NCBI GenBank assembly: GCA_051439605.1
Contig: JBFRWN010000045.1
Span: 1-13,495 of the forward strand
DNA length: 13,495 bases
Direction of reading: 5' to 3'
DNA from: Synechococcus sp.
Lineage (GTDB): Bacteria > Cyanobacteriota > Cyanobacteriia > Thermostichales > PCC-7336
The translations under genes were made by a program, and so were the position numbers. Each line of letters starts with the position of its first letter. The first letter of the stretch is position 1. Under the pieces are notes generated by a model. The model was not told where the DNA came from. It saw nothing but the letters and a program-made list of their open reading frames with translations, and searched no databases. Positions 1 through 8,304 of this stretch are shown piece by piece.

Positions 1-2
1 GG

Positions 3-3000
3 CGCAAGCTGACGGAACGGATTCGCCAGGGTCTGCAGCAAGAGGGTCTGTTAGGTCGGGATGTGGTTGCTTGGCAGCTGCGGGCCAAGGATTTGACCGC
101 CATCCAGACCGGATATTCCCACTACGCGAACGTGGGAGATGTCGTAGTGCCGGCGTGGGACCGCAAGAAGCTGGATTTAGAGCGGGGGATACAGTACACC
201 GTCGCTGACAAGCAAGGGGATGTCCTGTCGCTGCTGGGGCCAGACGGTCGCGTGCGTCAAGTGGAAGCATCGTCATTCCGCAAGACCCTCTACGAGCGCA
301 TCGAGATGCCGCTGGCGGTGGGGGACGAGCTGCGCTGGACGAAGAACGAACGGGGAACGGGTCGGCGGAACGGACAGCTGCTGTCGGTGGAGGCGATTGA
401 AGGAACCGAGGCGCTGGTGCAGTGGGAGGACGGACGGCTGGAGTATTTGGATCTGACCCAACCGCTGCATGCCGACCACAATTTGGTGGCCACCGCCTAC
501 CGCAGTCAGGGGGAGACAGCGGACAGAGTATTGCTGGTGGATGACGGCAGTTTGGATAAAGAGAGCTTCTACGTCGGCATTTCTCGCAGTCGCTACGACC
601 TGCAGGTGCATACGGCAGATCGGGAGCGATTGTTCCGGCAGGTGGTCCGCAGCCGGGCGAACGAGAATCCCGTCGACTTGCTGAAGGAACGGTGGGCGGT
701 CGAAACATACGAAGGTATTTCAAGCGGTGAGGAGAAACCCCATGAGTACGGAATCGATCGGCGAGCAGGTTACGGCAGCGGTGCAGAAAGCGGTCTTGCC
801 GCTGAACGACAAGATCGACCGGCTGATGCGGCGGCAGGTGGAGTTGGAGGAGAGACTGAGCGCGTTTATCGCGGAACTGATCGCCCGACTGGAGGACGAG
901 CAGAAGGACAGTCAGTTTCAGGAGCTGCTGGCGGAGTTCGTAGGCACGATGAAGCTGATGAACCAGCGGATGGAAGAAGGGCAGGAAGTGGAGAAACAGC
1001 TGATTCGGGCGATGGACGACTTCGCCCAGATGGTGGATGCCAGCTTGGATCTGCCGGAGAGCTAGCGAGGGCGATCGCCCGCAGGCGGCAGCAGCGGGCG
1101 GTGGCGTCTGCCGAGGCTCTGGAATTGTTGGGAGAGCTGAAGCAGCAGGTGGGGGGCGAGCGTTCCGAGCTGAATGCTGCGTTGAGCGGCACGCTGGAGA
1201 CCTTAAAGCAAGTTACGGAACGGAACGACAGCGGCAAAACTGCCCGTCAGCTGGTTCGCAATATCCGGGCTTGGAGGGAACGAAATACGCTGCAGTCGAT
1301 TGCTTCGATGGCAGCGATGGAGGAGTTGCAGGAGCGACTGCAGGACCAACACTCTTCTCAAGCGGAACTGTGGGATTTGACCGCTCAGCTGCAGTCCGGT
1401 CTGGACCGGTTTGGCGATCGCAAGCTGGCTCGACGACTGGCGAATGGCATTCAAACCCACTTGCAGACAGCAGCGGTTGGCAAACCCGAACTGCTGGAGG
1501 CTCTGCAGCAGGTTTCTCGTCAGTTGGAGAGGACGCAGAATGCTTCGAAATTCGAACTGATGCAGCGGCTAGCCGACACAATCGAACGGTCGATGCAGGA
1601 TATTGTCGACCGCCGCAGTGCCGCACGACTGGGCGAGGCGATCGCTCGCAGGCAACTGCGCGATCGGCTGCTGCATCCCCAGCTGCATCGCGACGTTGCT
1701 GAGGGGATGGCAGCGGTTGAAGAACGGACGGCTCGACGGGCGCAGCGGTTGGAGGTGCTGCGAGCAAATTTGGAGTCGCTGGGGCGGCGGTTGGATGCAA
1801 GCCTCGACCGGGTGGCTCGACTGAAGAAACCCCAGCGACTGGGGAATACCCCTGGAGACGGTGGCAGGGTCGCCGACCGACCGGCTCGCAAGGTGACCCC
1901 CGAACTGGCTCGGTCGCTGCATATGGAGCTCTCCCACGCGAAGGAATGGGTGGAGGGCAGCGGAGTCGATCCGGCAATTGTCTCCCTCAACGTGCGCAGC
2001 CTGTCGGAGGACGTGGCGTTTAGTTTCGTGCTCTACAGCGAGAAATTGGAGCGCACCAATACGGGACGGCTTACCGCTCGCTGGTTGAAGCAGTACGACC
2101 ATCTCTACGGGGGGGGGTGGTGGGTCAGCGGCATCGATCCCGATGATCCCTACCACCCCATGACCTGGGGACGGTTTAAACCCGATAAACCCAGGGTGGA
2201 ATTGCGCAACGGAAAAACCCGAGCGATTAAGTACGAGAATCCTCCTCAAGAGGAGACGCGGGCGGTGTTCTTGAACGTGCCTCGCGACGTCTTGAAGCAG
2301 GTGGCACGACGGTACGACCTGCCGGTACCGTTAGGCAGCGTTGCCTTCTGGCAGTGGGTGAAAGAGAACGACGTGCCCGTAGTAGTCGTGGAAGGAGCGA
2401 AGAAGGCGGGGGCGTTGCTGTCGTTGGGCTATGCGGCGGTAGCCCTGCCGGGAGCCTGGAACGGCACGAGAGCGGACGAAGCGGGAACGCCGCAGTTGAT
2501 TCCCGACCTGCAGTGGATTGCCACCGGAGGGCGACAGGTGGTGATGGCATTGGATAACGACCCCAACCCCTCCACCCGCCGGATGGTGAATCGGGCTTTT
2601 GCTCGCATGGGGGCGGCGTTTCAGGAACGGTCCTGTCGGGTGTACGTGGCCGAGAGCGATGGAGAGGAGAAGGGGATAGACGATTTGCTAGTGGCTCGGG
2701 GAGCCGAAGCGGTCGAGCGGGTGGTTGCTCGGGCCGAACGGTTTGAGGGGTGGGCGTCCAAGCGCGGGTTGAAGAATGCGGCCCTGTGGTGGGAGGTCTA
2801 CAGCCGGAGGCAGCCGGGGAATTTGTTGGAGCGGGCCCAGCAGGCGGCGTTTGCGGCCTTTAGGGACGGGCGCACGATTCCCGATGTGGTGGAGATGCTG
2901 TCTAGAGTGCCGGAATACCGGCAAGCAGCGAACTCCGAGCATTTCATGTCAGCTCGCGAGTTTGTGGTGCAGGCGCTGCGGAATGGACGCAGGTTATATC

Positions 3001-3605
3001 GGGAGTACCGACTGCGCTTTGCGTTCCCAATCGAGCCGGTGCGTCCGCAGGCGTGGGAAGTAGCCTGTCAGATTCTGGAGCGGTACGGGCTGGAACGGCA
3101 GGTGGCGGACAGGGCAAAGGATATCGTGCTGACGGCTCGCTGGGAGGACAGACCGGAGGTGGGGTTCCCGTTGCGGAACGAGGACTTCCAGGTAGTGGGG
3201 GCGACTTACATGGATGGGAACGGGTTCTGTCGCAGTGAGGGGGATAGGTCCGGCTACTACCGCGTTGCGTTGGGGCATGGAGAGGTGAAAGCGATTCTGA
3301 TTGGGGAATCGCCGCTGGAAACGCTGAAGCTGTGTCCTCGGTATCGGTGGACGAGAGAGGGGAGAGCGGTCTACATCTCCCTCAACGACAAGGGCCAGCT
3401 GCCGGTGGAGTGGGTAAGGGAGTGTTTGAGGAGGGATGTGAAGGTGTGGGGGTTTGCCAGCAGTTCCGAAGGGAAAGAGCGCATGGAGTCTCTGGCTCGG
3501 GAGCTGCCGGGCATGAAGGCGATCGACTTGAGGGCCGAGAAGCCAGAGCAGAGGACGTCCGTCAGGCAGCAGCCCCGACCGAGAAGGGGGGGGCGGGGAA
3601 GGTAG
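3..3605 (+). CDS. 5'-partial conjugative relaxase/helicase (TrwC/TraI, MOBF-like) fused to a DUF3854 Toprim/primase-like domain and a C-terminal DUF3991/Toprim-like domain
   Basis: The frame is open from base 3 (RKLTERIRQGLQQEGLLG), so the true start is upstream of the window. SF1B/RecD-like helicase motifs V and VI are present (HNLVATAYRSQGETADRV at ~477-530; FYVGISRSR at ~567-593). DUF3854-type motifs lie at ~1944-2690 (EWVEGSGVD, GGWWVSG, FKPDKPR, KYENPP, VVVEGAKKAGALLSLGYAAVALPG, ALDND, KGIDDLL). The C-terminal VGFPLRN...VVGA...ILIGESPLETL...YISL segment resembles DUF3991/Toprim_2. The relaxase domain itself is outside the window and is inferred. Confidence 0.85.
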   Translation, partial: RKLTERIRQGLQQEGLLGRDVVAWQLRAKDLTAIQTGYSHYANVGDVVVPAWDRKKLDLERGIQYTVADKQGDVLSLLGPDGRVRQVEASSFRKTLYERIEMPLAVGDELRWTKNERGTGRRNGQLLSVEAIEGTEALVQWEDGRLEYLDLTQPLHADHNLVATAYRSQGETADRVLLVDDGSLDKESFYVGISRSRYDLQVHTADRERLFRQVVRSRANENPVDLLKERWAVETYEGISSGEEKPHEYGIDRRAGYGSGAESGLAAERQDRPADAAAGGVGGETERVYRGTDRPTGGRAEGQSVSGAAGGVRRHDEADEPADGRRAGSGETADSGDGRLRPDGGCQLGSAGELARAIARRRQQRAVASAEALELLGELKQQVGGERSELNAALSGTLETLKQVTERNDSGKTARQLVRNIRAWRERNTLQSIASMAAMEELQERLQDQHSSQAELWDLTAQLQSGLDRFGDRKLARRLANGIQTHLQTAAVGKPELLEALQQVSRQLERTQNASKFELMQRLADTIERSMQDIVDRRSAARLGEAIARRQLRDRLLHPQLHRDVAEGMAAVEERTARRAQRLEVLRANLESLGRRLDASLDRVARLKKPQRLGNTPGDGGRVADRPARKVTPELARSLHMELSHAKEWVEGSGVDPAIVSLNVRSLSEDVAFSFVLYSEKLERTNTGRLTARWLKQYDHLYGGGWWVSGIDPDDPYHPMTWGRFKPDKPRVELRNGKTRAIKYENPPQEETRAVFLNVPRDVLKQVARRYDLPVPLGSVAFWQWVKENDVPVVVVEGAKKAGALLSLGYAAVALPGAWNGTRADEAGTPQLIPDLQWIATGGRQVVMALDNDPNPSTRRMVNRAFARMGAAFQERSCRVYVAESDGEEKGIDDLLVARGAEAVERVVARAERFEGWASKRGLKNAALWWEVYSRRQPGNLLERAQQAAFAAFRDGRTIPDVVEMLSRVPEYRQAANSEHFMSAREFVVQALRNGRRLYREYRLRFAFPIEPVRPQAWEVACQILERYGLERQVADRAKDIVLTARWEDRPEVGFPLRNEDFQVVGATYMDGNGFCRSEGDRSGYYRVALGHGEVKAILIGESPLETLKLCPRYRWTREGRAVYISLNDKGQLPVEWVRECLRRDVKVWGFASSSEGKERMESLARELPGMKAIDLRAEKPEQRTSVRQQPRPRRGGRGR
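742..1065 (+). CDS. Overprinted (+1 frame) 107-aa acidic helical/coiled-coil protein inside the relaxase-helicase gene, possibly a mobilization accessory protein
   Basis: GAGGAG at 729-734 lies 7 nt before ATG 742; TAG at 1063-1065. The product MSTESIGEQVTAAVQKAVLPLNDKIDRLMRRQVELEERLSAFIAELIARLEDEQ... is amphipathic and protein-like with G/C-rich third positions. The host frame over the same bases is low-complexity G/R/A/D. Confidence 0.7.
   Translation: MSTESIGEQVTAAVQKAVLPLNDKIDRLMRRQVELEERLSAFIAELIARLEDEQKDSQFQELLAEFVGTMKLMNQRMEEGQEVEKQLIRAMDDFAQMVDASLDLPES
1050..1800 (+). repeat. Four degenerate ~60-aa helical repeats in the linker of the long ORF
   Basis: ELARAIARRRQQRAV (~1059), TARQLVRNIRAWRERNTL (~1239), LARRLANGIQTHLQTAAV (~1425) and AARLGEAIARRQLRDRL (~1620) recur at about 190-nt spacing. 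Confidence 0.55.
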
Positions 3606-3639
3606 TCTTGACCGCAGGAACCGTTGTGCTGGTTCAAGA

Positions 3640-4986
3640 GAGAGCGATCTGAATTTTGTGTAAGCGGTCTAGAATCCCGATTACGAAGGAGACCGCACCA
3701 TGGCAAGGACGAAGAAAGAAAGCAACCGAGTGGATGAGCTGCTAGACGAGTTGCTGGCAGACTATCGAACCCCTGAGGAGATCCTGGGGGAATCGGGATT
3801 GCTCAAACAACTGAGCAAGCGCTTGATTGAGCGAGCTTTAGCGAGTGAGCTCACCCACCATTTGGACAGAGAATCCCAAGAGAGTAACGAGCCAACCCAG
3901 CCCGAATCAGAGCGCCGCAATAGTCGCAATGGCTTTTCGAAAAAGACGGTGCACTCCCAGCAAGGGGACATGAATCTCTCAATTCCTCGCGATCGCAACG
4001 GAGAGTTTGAGCCCGTGTTGGTGCCGAAGCACCAGAGGCGGCTAGCGGGATTGGATGAAAAAATCCTGGCGATGTACGCCCGTGGACTGGGGGTCAGAGA
4101 CATCAGCGCGCAGCTAGAAGAGCTGTATGGGGCGACGGTCTCACCAGCTTTGATTAGCGAGGTCACCGATGCGGTGAGCGAGGAGGTGAAATCCTGGCAG
4201 ATGCGTCCCCTCGATCCGCTCTATCCCATCGTCTATCTTGATGCTCTGTACGTGAATATCAAGGTCTCAGGTCGAGTGAGCAAGCGAGCAGTCTACGTCG
4301 TTTTAGGCATTAACTGTGAGGGCAACAAAGACCTGTTGGGTCTGTGGATTGGGGAAGCGGAAGCCGAGGGGGCCAAGTTCTGGTTGCGGGTGCTCACGGA
4401 CTTGAAAAACCGAGGTTTGAAAGACATTCTGATTGCTTGCTGCGATGGCTTGAAGGGATTCCCGCAGGCGATCGAAGCCGTATACCCACAAACCCAGGTC
4501 CAGCTGTGTATTGTCCATCTGATCCGTAATTGTCTACGCTACGTGCCCTGGAAAGATAGCAAAGCCGTTGCTGCTGACCTCAAGCCCATCTACCAAGCGG
4601 CCACCTTAGAAGAGGCCGAAGCAGCCCTCGACGCTTTTGCCGCCAAGTGGGACGAACAATATCCCACCATTAGCCAAATCTGGATTCGCCATTGGGAGAA
4701 CATCATCCCCATCTTTGATTACCCAAGGGCGATTCGCAAAGTCATTTACACCACCAATGCCATTGAGTCGCTCAATCGCTCGTTGCGCAAAGTGATCAAA
4801 ACCAAAGCTGTATTTCCCGATGAGAACTCTGTATTGAAACTGATGTATCTGGCAATGAACAACATCTCTAAGCGATGGACCAGACCCATCAAAGATTGGA
4901 AGGCTGCACTTTCACATTTTGCTATTCTGTTCCCAGAACGCTTCACCTTTTAAACAAGCTGCTTACACAAAAATCTAAACTCTCTC
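3640..4986 (+). mobile_element. Complete IS256-family insertion sequence (1347 bp)
   Basis: IRL GAGAGCGATCTGAATTTTGTGTAAGC (3640-3665) matches the reverse complement of IRR, GAGAGAGTTTAGATTTTTGTGTAAGC (4961-4986), at 21/26. An 8-bp target duplication GTTCAAGA sits at 3632-3639 and 4987-4994. Confidence 0.96.
3700..4953 (+). CDS. IS256 family (Mutator-type) DDE transposase
   Basis: Motifs RNSRNG, IPRDRNGEFEP, YPIVYLDA, IACCDGLKG, QLCIVHLIRN, IYTTNAIESLN; ribosome-binding site AAGGAG upstream; intact 417 aa. Confidence 0.97.
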   Translation: MARTKKESNRVDELLDELLADYRTPEEILGESGLLKQLSKRLIERALASELTHHLDRESQESNEPTQPESERRNSRNGFSKKTVHSQQGDMNLSIPRDRNGEFEPVLVPKHQRRLAGLDEKILAMYARGLGVRDISAQLEELYGATVSPALISEVTDAVSEEVKSWQMRPLDPLYPIVYLDALYVNIKVSGRVSKRAVYVVLGINCEGNKDLLGLWIGEAEAEGAKFWLRVLTDLKNRGLKDILIACCDGLKGFPQAIEAVYPQTQVQLCIVHLIRNCLRYVPWKDSKAVAADLKPIYQAATLEEAEAALDAFAAKWDEQYPTISQIWIRHWENIIPIFDYPRAIRKVIYTTNAIESLNRSLRKVIKTKAVFPDENSVLKLMYLAMNNISKRWTRPIKDWKAALSHFAILFPERFTF

Positions 4987-5003
4987 GTTCAAGATGGGTT
5001 GGA

Positions 5004-5123
5004 TTACAGCTTCCGTTTTAATTGGGTGATCGCCTTTGCACGTTTAATCTCTCGTCGTTCTTCACCCTCTTCCAGCGCTTCCTGATAAACGCGTGTTTGC
5101 TTGATATCTACGAAACCCAGCAT
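5004..5123 (-). pseudogene. 39-aa C-terminal fragment or mini-ORF of an Rpn/DUF2887-family protein
   Basis: Manual translation gives MLGFVDIKQTRVYQEALEEGEERREIKRAKAITQLKRKL*. This matches the 'ML...KQTRVYQEALEEG' signature of cyanobacterial Rpn/DUF2887 C-termini. It is absent from the ORF track, probably because it is short. Confidence 0.7.
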
Positions 5124-5163
5124 TACTTCTGAATTTTTACTACTCAATCATGAAACTTCAACC

Positions 5164-5730
5164 TTAGATGTCTACCTTCAACTCAAAGCCTGGGAGGACA
5201 TCTTCTCCAGAGAGAACGGCAGGCATAGCTAAAACCTCTACTGCACGGTTGGGACGATAAATCTCTACTTGTTTATCCTTTCGATTAATCAACCAGCCCA
5301 ATCTAACCCCACATCCGATGTACTCTTTCATCTTTTCTTGGAGCGGAAACAGGCGGTCGGAGCGTGATCGCAGTTCAATGACAAAATCGGGGCAAATGGG
5401 GGGAAATCCTTCCCTTTCTTCTTGACTGAGTGCTTGCCAGCGATTCAATTCCACCCAAGCCACGTCGGGAGCACGATCGCCGCCACCAGGCAAGCTAAAA
5501 ACAGTTTGAGAACTAAAAACGATGCCCGCTTGCGTTTGCTCGTTCCAGATACCAACTTTGAGGATTAGCTGAGCTTCTTGACTTCCACCCTCTCCGCCAA
5601 CCGGCGACATAATAATCAGCTCTCCATTGGGGGAACGCTCCAAAGGCAAATCGGGGTTGGCCAGACAAAGGCGATAGAACTGCTCCCGAGTCAATTGAGT
5701 AATGGGTTCTAAGTTTAATATTGCCGTCAT
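5164..5730 (-). CDS. Uma2 family (DUF820) PD-(D/E)XK endonuclease-like protein
   Basis: Typical motifs: EQFYRLCLANPDLPLERSPNGELIIMSP, RAPDVAWV, CPDFVIELRS, GVRLGWLIN, LSGEDVLPGF. Confidence 0.95.
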   Translation of the reverse strand: MTAILNLEPITQLTREQFYRLCLANPDLPLERSPNGELIIMSPVGGEGGSQEAQLILKVGIWNEQTQAGIVFSSQTVFSLPGGGDRAPDVAWVELNRWQALSQEEREGFPPICPDFVIELRSRSDRLFPLQEKMKEYIGCGVRLGWLINRKDKQVEIYRPNRAVEVLAMPAVLSGEDVLPGFELKVDI

Positions 5731-6025
5731 GGCTCAGCTCCCGATTGAAGGTAGCAAGGCAAAGCCGTTCACAGATAAGTTAAAGGCAGTTATGCGACCA
5801 CCTTCATTATGTCTTGCTACCAGTCAATTCCCGTCAACGGTTACCAGCCCTCAAACTTTACCCCTCGCTATTCCTCCCTCTCGCTCACGGCATTCGGTGA
5901 GGATCGAGTAGTGATCGCACTCAGTTGAAAATGTCTGAAGATGAGCGGAAGCGTAATATCTGATTGTGAAGAGGTGCTTTTTTGATACCTTATCTTCCGA
6001 TAGATTGATAGGCGTACGCTAAATC

Positions 6026-7503
6026 ATGGACTACGAATTTCGTGTCGTCGTGGAGAAAGTCTCAGTTGCCAGTCAGAAGGTTGTGAAACGAGACACGCTC
6101 AAGATCTATGACATTTAGAAACCCCAGTCTATCCTCGAGCTTGGACTTCGGCATGAAGAGCAGATTTCCCTGCTTGCTAAAGTACAAAACTCACTATTAG
6201 CCGACAAGGCTGCCCTCATCGATCTCGGTCCCGATGCTTGCCCTAAATGTGGACAGAAGAACAGCAAGAATGGATACACACAATCCCAGTTTCACGCAGT
6301 TTTGAGCGATCATAAGCTACGTATTCAAAAGCATTGTTGTCGCAATTCTGAGTGCAACTGGTAAAGTACCCCCACGATCGCATCTGTGTTTGGGACCGAT
6401 ATTCACCCTGACCTGGCTAAACTGCAATGCGAACAAGGGGCACTGCACAGTTACCGAGAAGCCGAAAGCAACTTGGAGAAATTGAACGCTCACCGTCGCA
6501 GCATCAACAATCACGTGCGAGTGAAAAGCATTACCAACCAAGTGGGAGCCCAGCTAGCCCGTGAGAATCAGAAATTACTGAGTCAGCAGGAATTACCCGC
6601 CCCTGCAGCGAAATTGATTGTCCACGTGGATGGAGGGCATATTCCCACCAAAGACAAAGGCAAGCGTAGTTTCGAAGCTCTCTCGGGTGTCATCTATCGA
6701 CCGGATTGTATTGAGTCGGTCGATAAACACCATCGTCGAATTACCGATAAAAACTGTGTCATCTTAGCGTTGGATGACGATCTGCAAAGCATTAAGACCT
6801 ATCTGTATCATGCTGCCCTCAGGCAAGGACTGACAGAGAAGACTGACGTGACTGCCTTGGCAGATGGTGCTAACAACTGTTGGTCAGCAATCCTATTCCT
6901 CAAGCCTTACTGCAAAACTCTAGAGCCAATTTTGGACTGGTTTCACATTGGCATGAAGTTCCAGACGCTCAAGAATGCCCTAGGTGAGAGTTCTGATACC
7001 AAATCCGAATCGCCATAACCCCGAAACAAAATATCCGACCATTTGGCTACTGTTGCTACGGGTTGCAGAAAATCTGAGTTCGAATAATTGTTTAGGGGGT
7101 GCTCAGAAAGGATTTGGTATGAGGAATCTCTGGAGCGCGCGAAATGGTCGCTATGGCATGGTGATGCGGAAGAGGCCATCAGGAAGATCGCTTTAATCAG
7201 AGCCAACATCACAGCCACAAAGAAACGCTCAAAGCTGAAGGGCTTAAAGGATTATCTGGAGAACAATCGGGACTATCTGGTAAATTACAGCGAGCGGAAA
7301 AAGCGAATAAAATCTTCACCAGTCAAGTGGCAGGATCCCACATTGATTGCCTCACCAATGAGCGTCATAAGAGGAAGCATAAGATGCAATGGACGCGAGA
7401 AAGAGCTCATAATGTTTTGCAAATCAGGGTTCTAATGGCAAGTAATAAATGGGAGGAGGAATGGCTAGACTTAGTGTTAGCTGATATAGAGAAAGCAGCT
7501 TAA
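6026..7503 (+). pseudogene. ISKra4-family-like transposase pseudogene
   Basis: ATG 6026 (MDYEFRVVVEKV...), CPKCG zinc motif, IVHVDGGHI, ALADGA, ILDWFHIGMKF, KWSLWHG, YLVNY and KMQWTRERAHNVLQIR, ending at TAA 7501-7503. Lesions: in-frame TAG 6116-6118, TAA 6362-6364, a MITE at 6997-7119 and a frameshift near the A-run at 7298-7302. Confidence 0.85.
6997..7119. mobile_element. 123-bp MITE with 10-bp terminal inverted repeats and a 3-bp TGA target duplication
   Basis: TACCAAATCC (6997-7006) and GGATTTGGTA (7110-7119), flanked by TGA at 6994-6996 and 7120-7122. Removing the element plus one TGA restores ...KNALGESSEESLERAKW.... Confidence 0.85.
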
Positions 7504-7593
7504 CAATTTTAATCCTTCATAGCAATCTATAACGACTCCTGCTATTTTTAATGTCAATGTAAAACTCACATCAATAAAGGAATAGAGTAAACT

Positions 7594-8223
7594 TCAGGCA
7601 AAGTAATTTTTCAATCCACCGAGCATCATCTGAACGCCGATCGTTGCCAGTAACAAACCGCCAATGCGGGCCAAGAGAGACACAGTGGTTGGCTTAGCCT
7701 TGCCAAAAAGTTCGCCGAGCCACGTGTAGGATAAGAAGGAAGCTAATGCCACGGCACCGACACCAACGAGCGCTACAACAACACCTTCGAAAGATTCTCC
7801 TTGGGCGGCAATAGTAATCGTTGTCGTGAGTGCACCAGGACCTGCAATCAGCGGGATCGTTAGCGGAATCAGTAGCGTGTCATCCTCCTCAGGACCTCTC
7901 TTGCGCACAGTCTCCCCTTGAGCCTTACTGGCACCTCCGCCATAGAGCATCTCAAATCCCATCAGGGCGATGACTAATCCACCCACTGTTCTGAAGGCAT
8001 CGAGATCGATCCCCAGGATATCGAGGAACTCTCGACCGACCAATGCAGCACCTCCGAGAATGAAGGCGACATTTAGTGCGACCCGCACTGCCGAGGCATT
8101 ACGATTGCGGGGTGGATCGGAGATAGCCTGATTGAAGAACAGGATCTTCACCGGATCGAATGCAGAGGTAATCACCAACATGGAAATTGTGGACTGGATG
8201 TAGAATCCAGTATCAATAGTCAT
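7594..8223 (-). CDS. marC: MarC family integral membrane protein
   Basis: About six hydrophobic segments; motifs ILGIDLDAFRTVGGL, IPLTIPLIAGPGALTT and RIGGLLLATIGVQM. Confidence 0.92.
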   Translation of the reverse strand: MTIDTGFYIQSTISMLVITSAFDPVKILFFNQAISDPPRNRNASAVRVALNVAFILGGAALVGREFLDILGIDLDAFRTVGGLVIALMGFEMLYGGGASKAQGETVRKRGPEEDDTLLIPLTIPLIAGPGALTTTITIAAQGESFEGVVVALVGVGAVALASFLSYTWLGELFGKAKPTTVSLLARIGGLLLATIGVQMMLGGLKNYFA

Positions 8224-8304
8224 GGGTCACTCCCGTGAAAGCATCTGATGTGCTACTCATTCAAACCCAAAAAGTTTTTGTTAGACAAAGAATTGATGTT
8301 CGTT

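Noticed and set aside
63..65. GTG 63 as the start of the large ORF
   Set aside because: The frame is open to the window edge with helicase-like sequence, so the real start is upstream.
1037..3706. Many long alternative-frame and antisense ORFs over the relaxase gene (e.g. 1037-1702, 1213-1977, 1569-2249)
   Set aside because: They have low-complexity, non-protein-like composition and no convincing RBS. Such shadows are expected in GC-rich coding DNA, unlike 742-1065.
5999..7539. Candidate ISKra4 terminal IRs (ATAGATTGATAGG near 6000 versus CATAGCAATCTAT near 7520)
   Set aside because: The match is short and imperfect, lies too close to the start codon, and has no target duplication.
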